A stretch of 64,000 nucleotides of DNA from Patescibacteria group bacterium (GTDB lineage Bacteria; Patescibacteriota; Minisyncoccia; Phycocordibacterales; Phycocordibacteraceae): contig JBBTSZ010000002.1 in assembly GCA_038064495.1 (NCBI GenBank), positions 16,717-80,716 on the forward strand, given 5' to 3'. Below are positions 9,365 to 19,474 of the stretch, piece by piece. Every line of letters starts with the position of its first letter. Positions within the stretch are counted from its first letter, which is position 1. The notes beneath the pieces were generated by a model that was not told the origin of the DNA, ran no database searches, and saw nothing but the letters and a program-made list of their open reading frames with translations. Both the position numbers and the translations under genes were made by a program.

Positions 9365-10891
9365 CTATATACAAGGGCTAGCAGCAACAGTAAGCATTTT
9401 TGTGAAGAGCGATGGGGTTGTCTCAGAATCAGTAGCTACACTTTGTTCTTGGGCATACGTAATGTCGCTAATACTTGGCATAGAATTACTACCCAAAAGT
9501 GTCTGATAGGCTGCAGATGCTGTTGCAACTGCGCTTGTCTGGGTCTTTGCACTACCTCCAGACGCCCCGAGGTCAGCAATGATTTGATCAATAGTGTTAA
9601 TTGCAGCCCCAGCATTTGCGATTGCTGTTGTACCTTGCGTAATAATCGTCTGAACTTGAGACGCATTTGGACTATTCTGTGCACAGCTTGAGTTTTGGAT
9701 AGCAGTTTTTGCAGAATTTGCCGCGTCAGCTATCTTTGTCCAGTTTGTTTGGTACGCTTGCAACTGTACTTTTTGCTGCCCAAGCGTCGTAACAAAGTTG
9801 GTGCTTAAGTTCGAGTTGGCCGAGGCGTTACTATACTGAGTAGAATCAGCAGCCTGGTCTATAAAGGAACGTCCTCCTCCTGAACTTGGTTGAGAAAGGC
9901 CTCCAAGACCTGTTCCCCCAACTACGTTACTAACTAATTGTCCGATAAGCGCACCCACAATCTCGTTTAGTTCATCAGAAGAAGTAAGCTGGTCTACCGA
10001 ACTACCCAGGGTTTTGGTGAGTTGATCGTGAATGATAGCTCCTGGAGTGACAATATTTTGATGCAGACACGGAACAGTTCCTGATAGTTTTACCGACGGA
10101 GTTAATACTACTGGTGAAGTAGGTGTTGTAGGAGTGCCGTTGAAATTAAGAATTCCACCAGCCTGATTTACAGTTGTAGATGTATTTGAGGAGGCACAAT
10201 CACCCTGCCATGAGAGGAAACCATTTCCCCAACTCAGTTTTGTTTTCTCAGTATCTACCTGATTCGCTATTTGTTGTTTGAGGGCGTCGCGCTGAAGTAA
10301 ATCAGCACCAAATGGATTGTTTGCCGGGTTTGCTATTGCTGAAAAGAAAGCATCCCAACCACCCCCTTCTACAAATCGACCTTCATAGAGTGCATTCGGA
10401 TCATTGCTTACCTGATTTAGCGTATACGGATTTTGAAGGAAGAAACCATCACGTGTTGTTGAGATGAAGTAATCTCTACGGAGGGCAGCTGTTAAAACAT
10501 CTTGAAACGGTGACGTGATTGCTGTGTTTGTTTCAAGCTGATTCAAGAAATCATTAGCAACGGTGTCCCCCACCTTTAGGAGTCGCGTATCAAGATCAGT
10601 AATAAAAGCGGGAGAACCTTTAAAGCCAGAGTTAATCCAGTTAACGACACTCTTTGTTACCGACTGAAGTGCCACCTTACTTACGATGTAGGCAAGCGGA
10701 TCAAGAGCAAATTCCTTAACGTTCAAGGTAGTGTTTTGAACTGCTGAAAGTGAGTTAACAACATGGTTAGCTGGGTCGTACACAATGAACGCCCGTGTCG
10801 TACGAGGAAATGAGAGTACACCAATAAAGACAATACTGATAAGTCCTACACAAGTACGAAGCAAAAACTGATTTAAAGTAGTGGAACTCAT
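9365..10891 (-). CDS. Secreted protein, VirB5/TrbJ-like N-terminus
   Basis: Signal peptide then IVYDPAN (TrbJ/VirB5-like V.D..N motif), VVNWINSGF.GSPAFI, GNGFLSW, IVTPG motifs. Confidence 0.6.
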   Translation of the reverse strand: MSSTTLNQFLLRTCVGLISIVFIGVLSFPRTTRAFIVYDPANHVVNSLSAVQNTTLNVKEFALDPLAYIVSKVALQSVTKSVVNWINSGFKGSPAFITDLDTRLLKVGDTVANDFLNQLETNTAITSPFQDVLTAALRRDYFISTTRDGFFLQNPYTLNQVSNDPNALYEGRFVEGGGWDAFFSAIANPANNPFGADLLQRDALKQQIANQVDTEKTKLSWGNGFLSWQGDCASSNTSTTVNQAGGILNFNGTPTTPTSPVVLTPSVKLSGTVPCLHQNIVTPGAIIHDQLTKTLGSSVDQLTSSDELNEIVGALIGQLVSNVVGGTGLGGLSQPSSGGGRSFIDQAADSTQYSNASANSNLSTNFVTTLGQQKVQLQAYQTNWTKIADAANSAKTAIQNSSCAQNSPNASQVQTIITQGTTAIANAGAAINTIDQIIADLGASGGSAKTQTSAVATASAAYQTLLGSNSMPSISDITYAQEQSVATDSETTPSLFTKMLTVAASPCI

Positions 10892-11889
10892 GGTTTCGTG
10901 TTTTGTGTTACCGCAGCAGTTTTAAAAGCGGCTCTCATAGCGGAACCAGTTGCTCCATCCGGAATCACAACTGCTTCAGAATCAAAAACGGTATTAAGTA
11001 GGCTAAGACTCCTCGCCATTTGTTGAAGCGTATTTTCATACGAACTAAGACCAATCATCGCGCGAAGCGGGTCCACTTTAATGCTCGCAAGGTCCAAAAT
11101 AACGTCGCTCATGTGCATGAGTGAGTTTGCAAGTCCAAGGTGTGCCGCCGCGGCTTCTTTCGGTACTGATATTTTCATCATCGCCTGTGCAATCTTCTGA
11201 TAATCCGTACCAATAAGAGTTACTTTTGCTAATGATGCAGCATCCCCTTTATTTACTGCGTCTGAAAAGTATTCAACTTCAGACTTCGTAGTCGGTGTGG
11301 TGTTAGCAGCAAAGGTTTTTTCTAGATCAGCCGCATAACGCGTAAGTGCTTCAGGACCCTCACCGGACACGCGTATCTGCCCCTGATTAAAGGCGTCCGG
11401 AACGACCTGGCTCGCCTTCAAATCTCCAACCCCAGCTTCCACAAACTTCACAATATCAGCCTGGGTAGGAGGAGTCGCGCCTCGCGTGCTGAGGTACTGC
11501 TCAAATAATTTGCGAGAAAACTGGTCGGTAACGGTAGTTGCTCCAGCAGTAACGCCAGGAATAGAGCTTATGTTTACCGGTGTGGTTGTTGCAGTTGCAA
11601 ACTTTGGCTTCACGAGGCCTTGGTTTACTGCTTCCCCATCGGTTACTTGTGCGTTTACGGAGTGAGCATTGTCCGGGTCGGTGCCATAGAGCGCTTCCTC
11701 CCAGTCCGGAAGGCCATCAGTGTCAGTGTCTTTTGCAGCATAGGTAACCAGGAGGTCGTGGGTTGATTCTGCGTCAACGGTTTTCGTGAAAAAAGGAACC
11801 GGACCGGAGACGACATAGGCCGAACCAATGAGCACTATGGAGATAGCTGATGCTGAAATGATGAGGGTGGTACGGGTAGAATAAGCCAC
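10888..11889 (-). CDS. Membrane-anchored protein with thrombospondin type-3-like Ca-binding repeat
   Basis: N-terminal TM helix; DTDTDGLPDWEEALYGTDPDNAHS; 4-nt overlap with next gene. Confidence 0.7.
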   Translation of the reverse strand: MAYSTRTTLIISASAISIVLIGSAYVVSGPVPFFTKTVDAESTHDLLVTYAAKDTDTDGLPDWEEALYGTDPDNAHSVNAQVTDGEAVNQGLVKPKFATATTTPVNISSIPGVTAGATTVTDQFSRKLFEQYLSTRGATPPTQADIVKFVEAGVGDLKASQVVPDAFNQGQIRVSGEGPEALTRYAADLEKTFAANTTPTTKSEVEYFSDAVNKGDAASLAKVTLIGTDYQKIAQAMMKISVPKEAAAAHLGLANSLMHMSDVILDLASIKVDPLRAMIGLSSYENTLQQMARSLSLLNTVFDSEAVVIPDGATGSAMRAAFKTAAVTQNTKP

Positions 11890-11970
11890 AGTATGTACTC
11901 AAAATAGTAGCACGTAGAACACAACAAAAACGTGGACGGTTGTGTGGATGTGCACGAAAACAAAGGATTT

Positions 11971-12816
11971 TTACAAAAGTGAGGAAAGTTTTTTCCAAAC
12001 AGCGACCGGTACATCTTCTGCACGTACTTTTGGGTTAAGCCCGCACTCAGAAAAGGCCTGCGTTATCTCCCCTGCAGTCGCAATGGCCTCAAGATTCTTG
12101 ATAAGGAGCTTACGTTTGTGCGCAAAACCTGCATGGAGGACCGCGAAGAATCGCTCTTCTTCGGCGGGTGACGAAAAGGGCTGAGTAATGTTTCCGATAT
12201 ACAATACCGCTGAATCCACCTTCGGAGCGGGACGAAAGGCACCGCGTGGCACTGTAAAGCGATACTTTGGGGTACCAAATACCTTCACCGAAAGCGACAA
12301 AAGGCTCTCTTTTTTACTTCGAGTAATGCGCACCGCGACCTCTTTCTGCACGAGAAAGGTTATGTGGTTTGGTTTATAAGGTCCTGAAAGGAGGAAACGT
12401 AACAATTCTCCTGTGATGTAGTAGGGAATATTTGCGACCGCGACGTAGTCGCGAGGGAGTGTAGAGAGGTCAAACGTACGAACATCTCCCTGAACAAGGG
12501 TGAGTTTTCCGGACGCGATCTCTGTTTGGAACGTTTCCGTCAGTCTGGGAATGAGTTCTGCATCAGCCTCAACGGCAACAACATGCCCAGCCTCTGCTAG
12601 AAGTGACTTCGTGAGCATTCCCGTTCCGGGCCCGATTTCAAGCACCGTGCTGAGAGCAAAAAGATCGGCCGACTTTGCAATACGGTTTGCCGTAGCCTGG
12701 TGCATCAAAAAATTTTGTCCGAGTGATTGTTTCGCCACCACACCAATTTCTCTTGGATTATTTTTACCTCTTCCACCGGGTGTGTTTGAAGAATTGGTGT
12801 GATGGTTCGCGCGCAT
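11971..12816 (-). CDS. rsmA: 16S rRNA m6,2A dimethyltransferase RsmA/KsgA
   Basis: LGQNFL, LEIGPGTG, NIPYYIT, QKEVA, FRPAPKVDSAV. Confidence 0.95.
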   Translation of the reverse strand: MRANHHTNSSNTPGGRGKNNPREIGVVAKQSLGQNFLMHQATANRIAKSADLFALSTVLEIGPGTGMLTKSLLAEAGHVVAVEADAELIPRLTETFQTEIASGKLTLVQGDVRTFDLSTLPRDYVAVANIPYYITGELLRFLLSGPYKPNHITFLVQKEVAVRITRSKKESLLSLSVKVFGTPKYRFTVPRGAFRPAPKVDSAVLYIGNITQPFSSPAEEERFFAVLHAGFAHKRKLLIKNLEAIATAGEITQAFSECGLNPKVRAEDVPVAVWKKLSSLL

Positions 12817-12820
12817 ACCT

Positions 12821-14743
12821 TTATATATGTATCACCCCCTCATCCTCCCGATCACCATACGTTACTTGCATAAGACCCGGATCAATATCATGTAAAAAAC
12901 TAGATGGTTCAGACATGTAGTCGGTGCCGTAAATACGCCTGACGCGCGCCATCGTGAGAATGAGGTGCGCTTTCGCTCGCGTCATTGCGACATAAAAGAG
13001 CCGGCGCTCTTCTTCTTCGTCTCGCTCCTCCTCTTGACCCATTCCTTCGTGCGGGAAGAGTCCCTCTTCCATACCCGAGACAAACACCACTTCAAACTCA
13101 AGACCCTTCGCAGCGTGCACCGTCATCAACGTCACACCCTTTGCATTTTTCTCATTCGTTTGCGGTCGGTCCAGTTCGTCTTGGTCACCTGCAAGCGCAG
13201 TATCGGCAAGGAAGGCATCAATACCTTCGGTGCCCGGGCGTGCGTCGTAGCGACTTGCGAGAGTCGCAAGTTCCTTTGCGTTCTCTAGTCGCTCGCGGTC
13301 CTCTTCCCCACCCTTAGCAAGCGTGTCTTCAATCCCAGAGAGCTGAATCACGCGACGCACGAACGCGGACGGCGCTGCGGCCCTACTTTCTTCATGGAGT
13401 GTTTGCACAAGTGATTCAAATGCTTCCACTTTCGCACGCACTGCAGGCGTCAAACCATCTTTCTTTCCTGCGGCAATTTTAGCGACCGTTACTTTTCCGA
13501 TGCCGCGCGGCGGAGATTGCACTGCTCGTACACGGTCGCTTTCGCGGGTAGGCTCTAGCGCAAGCCTGACCCATGCAAGTACATCCTTCACCTCTTTGCG
13601 GTCGAGAAAGCGCGTACCAAGAAGCCGGTACGGGATGCCCGCAGCGAGAAACGCTTCTTCAAGTGCACGCGACTGAAAGTTCGTACGGTACAGGACCGCA
13701 ATCTCTTCGGGAGGAATACCCTGACCCATAAACTCTCGCACGCTCATAGTGACACCTCGTGCTTCAAGTTCAGCCGAGTCCGATACATCAAGTCGAATAG
13801 GGTGTCCATCCGCATTGTCTGTGACGGAGCGCTTCTCTTTCCTATTCCTATTCTTCTCGATGATGGCATTACTCGCAGTCACAATAGTCTTCGTTGAGCG
13901 GTAATTGTGTTCAAGCACAATCGTTTTTGCTTCAGGGTAGGTTTCTTCAAATGCGAGTAAGTTTTCAATGGTTGCACCGCGCCAGGTGTAAATTGTTTGA
14001 TCTATATCTCCCACGACAAACAAATTTTTATGTGGAGCGGCAAGCAAGTTAGAAAGACGACCCTGTAGTTCGTTGGTGTCTTGGTACTCATCCACATGAA
14101 TGTAGGAGAAACGGTCCTGTGCACGTTTGCGGACTTCGGGATACTCTTCAAGCAGACGAACTGGTTTGACGATGAGGTCGTCGAAATCAAGAGCCTTCTC
14201 TTTTTTCAAAACATTTTCATAGTGACGCCACGCTTCGCTTGTGATGCGAGAACGAAAACTGTCCCGTCCAAATTTCGCTCGGTACTCTTCTTCGGTGTGC
14301 CCCTCCCCTTTTGCTTTGCTGATACGCGAGAGTATAAATCGTGGTGAGATTTCTTTCGGGTCTATTTCTAGAATCTTGAGCGCCTCTTTGATGGCGCGTT
14401 CTGAATCATCCCGGTCGTACACGCTGAAGTATCGCGGCACGCCCATCACTGAGCCGTAGTTCTGAAGCAGGTCGCGCCCGAGCCCATGGAAGGTGGCGAC
14501 GAACGGAAGCGGGCCGTCCTGAAGCAAGTTTCGAAGGCGCTCTTTCATCTCCCGGGCAGCTTTGTTTGTGAAGGTGACGGCAAGAATCCGCTCCGGAGGC
14601 GTCCCCTCCCGGATAAGGTGAAGGATGCGAGTGGTGAGGACTCGGGTTTTACCTGAGCCAGCTCCCGCCAGAATAGAAATAGGTCCCTCCGTCGTAAGGA
14701 CCGCTTCTTTTTGTCTGTCGTTGAGTCCTTGGAGGTAATTCAC
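12821..14743 (-). CDS. pcrA: ATP-dependent DNA helicase UvrD/PcrA
   Basis: AGAGSGKT, TFTNKAA, VDEYQD, GDIDQTIY.WRGA, NYRS, TVHAAKGLEF, YVAMTRA; start reassigned to GTG 14743 (TATAGT 6 nt upstream). Confidence 0.95.
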   Translation of the reverse strand: MNYLQGLNDRQKEAVLTTEGPISILAGAGSGKTRVLTTRILHLIREGTPPERILAVTFTNKAAREMKERLRNLLQDGPLPFVATFHGLGRDLLQNYGSVMGVPRYFSVYDRDDSERAIKEALKILEIDPKEISPRFILSRISKAKGEGHTEEEYRAKFGRDSFRSRITSEAWRHYENVLKKEKALDFDDLIVKPVRLLEEYPEVRKRAQDRFSYIHVDEYQDTNELQGRLSNLLAAPHKNLFVVGDIDQTIYTWRGATIENLLAFEETYPEAKTIVLEHNYRSTKTIVTASNAIIEKNRNRKEKRSVTDNADGHPIRLDVSDSAELEARGVTMSVREFMGQGIPPEEIAVLYRTNFQSRALEEAFLAAGIPYRLLGTRFLDRKEVKDVLAWVRLALEPTRESDRVRAVQSPPRGIGKVTVAKIAAGKKDGLTPAVRAKVEAFESLVQTLHEESRAAAPSAFVRRVIQLSGIEDTLAKGGEEDRERLENAKELATLASRYDARPGTEGIDAFLADTALAGDQDELDRPQTNEKNAKGVTLMTVHAAKGLEFEVVFVSGMEEGLFPHEGMGQEEERDEEEERRLFYVAMTRAKAHLILTMARVRRIYGTDYMSEPSSFLHDIDPGLMQVTYGDREDEGVIHI

Positions 14744-14792
14744 TTGCCAACTATACCGTAAAATTGTTCTCAACAGGTGCTTTTTTAGGCGG

Positions 14793-14820
14793 TTGACCCT
14801 CCCTCCTCGGACGGTATACT
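14793..14820 (+). promoter_or_regulatory. sigma70-type promoter for the M23/LysM gene
   Basis: TTGACC-16 nt-TATACT. Confidence 0.55.
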
Positions 14821-14942
14821 GGCCAAGTTGATAGCTACGACTGAACGGTAGATACGGCTTATATAAGCCATATTTGATTACAGACGACACTCCAGAGTTC
14901 CCCTTCTTCCTTATATTGTCTTTCTATAAAACTTTCGCTTCG

Positions 14943-16073
14943 GTGCTTTGCCGATTGAATCGAAATGCATATCTCGCAAGCACCCTTACCACCCTTGTGG
15001 GAGCTCTCTCGCTAGCCTCATCGCTAGCGTTTCCTATTACAACCAACGCCTATTGGTTGCCTTGGACTATATCCTTTGCCGGAAATCCAGGGGGTGAACC
15101 ACCTATCATTCACGATAGCAGCATTCCCCTCCTTCAGGCAGCAGTGAACTCGGACCCAAATCCAGAAAAGGGTGGGAGTGATATTCAACTCACCGAGGGC
15201 TCGGCGCTCATGGCCAACTCAGGCCCAGAAGGCACCCTTGCCGACATTGATATGACCTCATCTGCCGGACAAATTACCACCTACGTGGTACGTCCGGGCG
15301 ACACCATTTCCAACATCGCGAGGAATTTTGGTGTCTCCGCAAACACCATTTTGTGGGCTAACAACCTCACAACGAAGAGCAAGGTAACGCCAGGCACGAC
15401 TCTCGTTATTCTTCCGGTCTCCGGTCTTCAACACAAAGTAACAAAGGGCGAAACCCTTGCTGGTATTGCGAAGAAATTTAAAGCAGACGCAGGCGACGTT
15501 GCTTCCTATAACGGCCTCTCTGTCGGAGACGGCCTTACCGTTGGTGACATTCTCATAATTCCTGGAGGCGAACTCTCCGTTGCTTCAAGTAAAACGGCAA
15601 CGAGCGGTAAGACCAAAACCAACATTAAACAAGGTGGTGGGCTCGTCAGTATTTTGAAGAATCCCTACCGTGGTGGAAGTGGTGCTGAAATAGATGGTTA
15701 CTACACGAACCCCGTACCGGGCGGACTCCTCACCCAAGGCATCCATGGCTGGAACGGTGTTGATCTCGGTGCGCCTGCAGGTACACCGGTGTACGCAGCG
15801 GCAGGCGGAACGGTTATCGTCTCACGCGTCGGCGGATGGAACGGTGGTTACGGTAACTACATTGTTATCGATCATGGCAATGGAACCCAGACACTCTACT
15901 CCCATCTTTCAAGTGATAATGTTTCGGTAGGACAAACGGTTTCTCGTGCCGCAGCTATTGGTGCCGTAGGACACACCGGTGAAGCGACCGGAAACCATCT
16001 CCACTTTGAGGTTCGTGGTGCGCGGAATCCATTTGCGGGATGTACGGCCATGACCCACTGCTCTCCGAAGTAA
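14943..16073 (+). CDS. LysM-domain M23 family peptidase
   Basis: Two LysM domains (YVVRPGDT, HKVTKGET) and M23 motifs GVD, YGNYIVIDH, YSHL, HLHFEV; start uncertain (14874-14943). Confidence 0.9.
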   Translation: MLCRLNRNAYLASTLTTLVGALSLASSLAFPITTNAYWLPWTISFAGNPGGEPPIIHDSSIPLLQAAVNSDPNPEKGGSDIQLTEGSALMANSGPEGTLADIDMTSSAGQITTYVVRPGDTISNIARNFGVSANTILWANNLTTKSKVTPGTTLVILPVSGLQHKVTKGETLAGIAKKFKADAGDVASYNGLSVGDGLTVGDILIIPGGELSVASSKTATSGKTKTNIKQGGGLVSILKNPYRGGSGAEIDGYYTNPVPGGLLTQGIHGWNGVDLGAPAGTPVYAAAGGTVIVSRVGGWNGGYGNYIVIDHGNGTQTLYSHLSSDNVSVGQTVSRAAAIGAVGHTGEATGNHLHFEVRGARNPFAGCTAMTHCSPK

Positions 16074-16100
16074 AAATCCCCTCGCATGAGGGGATTTTTA
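16071..16100. terminator. Bidirectional intrinsic terminator containing both stop codons
   Basis: TAAAAATCCCCTC-GCAT-GAGGGGATTTTTA between convergent genes. Confidence 0.85.
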
Positions 16101-17642
16101 TTCAAACCCAAACAACCCACGTGGCCGATACTGCAACGCTTCAAGAATATGAGATGGCTCAACCTTCTCGCTACCCGCGAGGTCCGCAATTGTGCGGGCG
16201 ACCCGCATCACTCGGTGATACGCACGCGGAGAAAGCTGTAATTTTGTTGCCGCAGATAGAAGCGTACTCCGGGCTCCGTCCGTAAATGCTCCAACTTTGT
16301 CTAATTCTTTTGCTGAAAGCAATGCGTTGCTCATGGAGTCACTTCCATGACGCTTTCGCGCAAGCTTTCGTGCGGAAAGCACCCGCTTACGTACGGTAAC
16401 GGAGGATTCTCCTTCAGTTAAGCTCGCCAAATCTTCATGTGCTACGTGTGGCACCTCAACCCACAAATCAAGACGGTCAGCGATAGGTCGTGAAATCTTT
16501 CGTGCTTGCTTGCGGGCAGCCCTCACCGCAACGTCACTATCAGCTGAAAGCGTGTCTGCAGGATTCATCGCCGCAACGAGCATACTGTCTGCCGGAAAGG
16601 TGATGGTTGCACGTGCGCGCGACACGGTGACCACCTTGTCTTCCAGTGGCTGACGCAGTGCCTCAAGGGTGCGCGCATCAAATTCCGGAAACTCATCGAG
16701 AAATAAAACCCCTTTGTGTGCGAGGGTTACTTCACCGGCACGTGGATACGCTCCCCCACCCACCATCGCCGTATGGGAAATCGTGTGATGCGGCGAACGA
16801 AACGGCGGATGGCGCACGGGCCCATCTGAAAGGGTGCCTGCTGTTGAATGGATAGCAGTAACCTCAAGCACCTCGTCCTCGGTTAAGGGTGGCAAGATAC
16901 CGGAAAGTGCACGCGCAAGCATCGTCTTTCCGGTTCCAGGTGGTCCATACAACACGAGGTTATGCCGTCCGGCTGCTGCTATTTCAAGCGCACGCTTCGC
17001 ACTCTCCTGCCCTTTTATCTCAGCAAGGTTCAGTACAATCGGTGCCTCTTCAGTTACCACAGTACGCTCTTTTTCTTCCAAAAGCTTATCGCCTTTCAAA
17101 TGGGCAACGAGCGCGCTAAGGGTCTCTGGCGCGTACACGCGAATGCCCTGTGCAAGAAGTGCTTCGTGTACATTTCCAGGCGGTACAAAGACACTCGTAT
17201 AACCGGCACCTTTCGCTGCAACCACTTGAGGTAATACACCGCGCACCGTGCGTAGCTTTCCATCAAGAGAGAGTTCTCCACAAAACAAAACGGGTTCTTT
17301 CGGAATAGATAGTTCCCCGGCAGCGGCAAGGTAGCAAAGCGCGAGCGCGACATCATAGTGCGAACCCTCTTTTTTCAAGTCCGCAGGAGAAAGCGAGAGT
17401 ACAATACGCCGGTTCTCTGCTTTCGGAGATTTAAATCCACTGTGACGAATCGCAGCTGCAATACGGTCCCGAGCTTCTTCAACAGCTTTATCTGCAAGAC
17501 CGACTATGGAAAAGGAGTGAAGACCCCGCGTAAGGTCAGCCTCTATCGTTACGAGCTCCGCCTTCGCGCCAACAGGCTGGGCCGCGTACAAGGAACCATA
17601 CCCATGGGTTTCAATCTTGCGAGCGGTGGGAGAAGCGGCCAC
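16098..17642 (-). CDS. comM: YifB/ComM Mg-chelatase-like AAA+ ATPase
   Basis: [64 protein letters not shown]. Confidence 0.93.
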   Translation of the reverse strand: MAASPTARKIETHGYGSLYAAQPVGAKAELVTIEADLTRGLHSFSIVGLADKAVEEARDRIAAAIRHSGFKSPKAENRRIVLSLSPADLKKEGSHYDVALALCYLAAAGELSIPKEPVLFCGELSLDGKLRTVRGVLPQVVAAKGAGYTSVFVPPGNVHEALLAQGIRVYAPETLSALVAHLKGDKLLEEKERTVVTEEAPIVLNLAEIKGQESAKRALEIAAAGRHNLVLYGPPGTGKTMLARALSGILPPLTEDEVLEVTAIHSTAGTLSDGPVRHPPFRSPHHTISHTAMVGGGAYPRAGEVTLAHKGVLFLDEFPEFDARTLEALRQPLEDKVVTVSRARATITFPADSMLVAAMNPADTLSADSDVAVRAARKQARKISRPIADRLDLWVEVPHVAHEDLASLTEGESSVTVRKRVLSARKLARKRHGSDSMSNALLSAKELDKVGAFTDGARSTLLSAATKLQLSPRAYHRVMRVARTIADLAGSEKVEPSHILEALQYRPRGLFGFE

Positions 17643-17665
17643 GGCTCAATTGTACACCGGGACGG

Positions 17666-18016
17666 TTACAGGTGTGCCTTACACGTTGTGGCAGCAGGGT
17701 CTGCGTTAAGGCGCTCCCCTTCAATCTTTTCACCACAAACACTACACGTTCCGTAGGTCCCTTCTTCAATACGTACAAGCGCAGCGAGTACGTTGTTGTA
17801 GCGAATCTCCAGATCCTTCAGAATTGCGGTATTTTCTTCAAATCCTTCAATCAAGTCGGCCGCATCATTTGGGTCAGCCTCCTTCCCGGTTTCGCTTGGC
17901 ACTGCTTCCCAGTCAGTTGGGTTAGAGGGATTTCGTCTGCCAATACTCGCAAGCTCTGTTTCCAGTCTAGTCTTCTCTTCGGTCAGCACGGTTTTGAAAT
18001 GTGACGTGTCGTTCAT
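17666..18016 (-). CDS. TraR/DksA C4-type zinc-finger protein
   Basis: DPNDAAD coiled-coil tip, ALVRIEEGTYGTCSVC...ERL.ADP.ATTC. Confidence 0.88.
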   Translation of the reverse strand: MNDTSHFKTVLTEEKTRLETELASIGRRNPSNPTDWEAVPSETGKEADPNDAADLIEGFEENTAILKDLEIRYNNVLAALVRIEEGTYGTCSVCGEKIEGERLNADPAATTCKAHL

Positions 18017-18050
18017 GAGGGCTACTGTAGCATTCCTAGAAACAAAAATC

Positions 18051-19391
18051 CTACTGTTGCTTTGTGGCAGACAGGCGGTTTATGAGTTCAGCGAATGCAG
18101 ATTCGTCTCGCGCAACGATAAGGGTGGATTTATCACGATATCCGTACAAGAAAATGGTGCGTCCCTGACTATCCTTGAGTGCTCGTACATCATGGTTGCT
18201 TGCGACTTCGTCTACGAACTGTGGAGGGCGAATAATCTGCACGGGTGCGGGAATAGTTTGTACGGTCGTTACCAGTTTTCCTTTTACAAAAGTTGTTGAG
18301 GTAGCGTAGGTAGGAAGCAGAGCCGCAGGAGGGTCATACGCTGGATAGAGTTGAGCGAGTTCTGTCTCCATCAGCCCCTCCCACGTGAGCATGCCGGCAA
18401 AGGTTCGTTCATAGGAAAGCACACGAAGGATGAAGAAAGGCCTGGTCTCAGCTCCTGCATGCACAATACCGACAGTACTCTCTGGAGCGATGTTACGAAG
18501 AAGGATGTCGGGTGCCGCAAGCTGGAGCGCACCAAAGAGTCTTCCTCCAGGAAGTGCAATATCCATAACTGGGTTACCTGCGCTTGTGGATGCCTGACTC
18601 AGGTAAAGTACTCGCACTTGTCCCACGCTAAGTGGCTGGCGAGCAGATTCATTCAAGGCTGCGATAAGCGTATCCCCCTCTCCTTTCACGGGTTGGCGGT
18701 CATCAGCAAAGACAAGCGATGAGACCACCGGACCAGCAAGCGGTACGCTAGCGTGGCTACGTACATAGGTGTAGGCGGCATAGGCTCCCCCACCGGCAAG
18801 CAGAATAAGCACAAAACTAAAAGCGACAAGGAGCGCATTCTTATGCTGTTTCACCGCTTGCGCGGGTTGTGTAGCAAGTTTTCCCGCATCTCCTTCAGCA
18901 GCTAGTACAGAGAAGGTAGAAGCTTGTTTAGTATCAATACGGTCTGAGAAATCAGAACTATAGGTATGTATCGGCGAGACGTTTTCGAGTGATACCGGAG
19001 TGGGAGCTGGCGCGGGTGGGACGAACTCTTGCGGAGCAACAGGAACCGGGACCGGTGGAGGTGGTGGTAAGTTAGGAAGCGGTGCTGGAGGCGGCGCAGG
19101 CTGCGGAACAACAGGCGGAGCAGGAACTGGTTCAGGAGTCACGGGAAGTGCACTGTTCGGGATAGAAGCAGCTAGTGGCGTGGGGGTGGGCATGGTCCCT
19201 GGCAAGAAGTCACCCTCTTGTACCGGATCATACTTCGCACGCGCGCGAAGCCGCTCAAGTACCTCGTCCCGTTCCACAGGCGCCGGTCCTCCTGCAATCG
19301 GCGTGCCAGGAATTACCGGAGCTTTTCCAGAAAGCGCCGCAACGTCCTTCGCGTAGGTACGAATATATGACTGGGTCGAATCATCGGCCAT
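18051..19391 (-). CDS. Single-pass membrane protein with Pro-rich N-terminus
   Basis: IRTYAKD and IHTYSSD motifs, Pro-rich linker, TM helix, C-terminal domain with FAGMLTWE and FVDEVASNHDVRAL. Confidence 0.75.
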   Translation of the reverse strand: MADDSTQSYIRTYAKDVAALSGKAPVIPGTPIAGGPAPVERDEVLERLRARAKYDPVQEGDFLPGTMPTPTPLAASIPNSALPVTPEPVPAPPVVPQPAPPPAPLPNLPPPPPVPVPVAPQEFVPPAPAPTPVSLENVSPIHTYSSDFSDRIDTKQASTFSVLAAEGDAGKLATQPAQAVKQHKNALLVAFSFVLILLAGGGAYAAYTYVRSHASVPLAGPVVSSLVFADDRQPVKGEGDTLIAALNESARQPLSVGQVRVLYLSQASTSAGNPVMDIALPGGRLFGALQLAAPDILLRNIAPESTVGIVHAGAETRPFFILRVLSYERTFAGMLTWEGLMETELAQLYPAYDPPAALLPTYATSTTFVKGKLVTTVQTIPAPVQIIRPPQFVDEVASNHDVRALKDSQGRTIFLYGYRDKSTLIVARDESAFAELINRLSATKQQ

Positions 19392-19430
19392 AGTATTCCT
19401 TAAAGTATAACCGCTCACTGCCGAGTAAAA

Positions 19431-19466
19431 GAAAAAACGCTACGCAAAACTGCGTAGCGTTTTTTC
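19431..19466. terminator. Intrinsic terminator downstream of NYN gene
   Basis: GAAAAAACGCTACGCA-AAAC-TGCGTAGCGTTTTTTC. Confidence 0.85.
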
Positions 19467-19474
19467 AAACAGTC

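Noticed and set aside
14821-14942. c-di-AMP or other riboswitch before the M23/LysM gene
   Set aside because: Only a small hairpin is visible; conserved riboswitch motifs are not recognisable.
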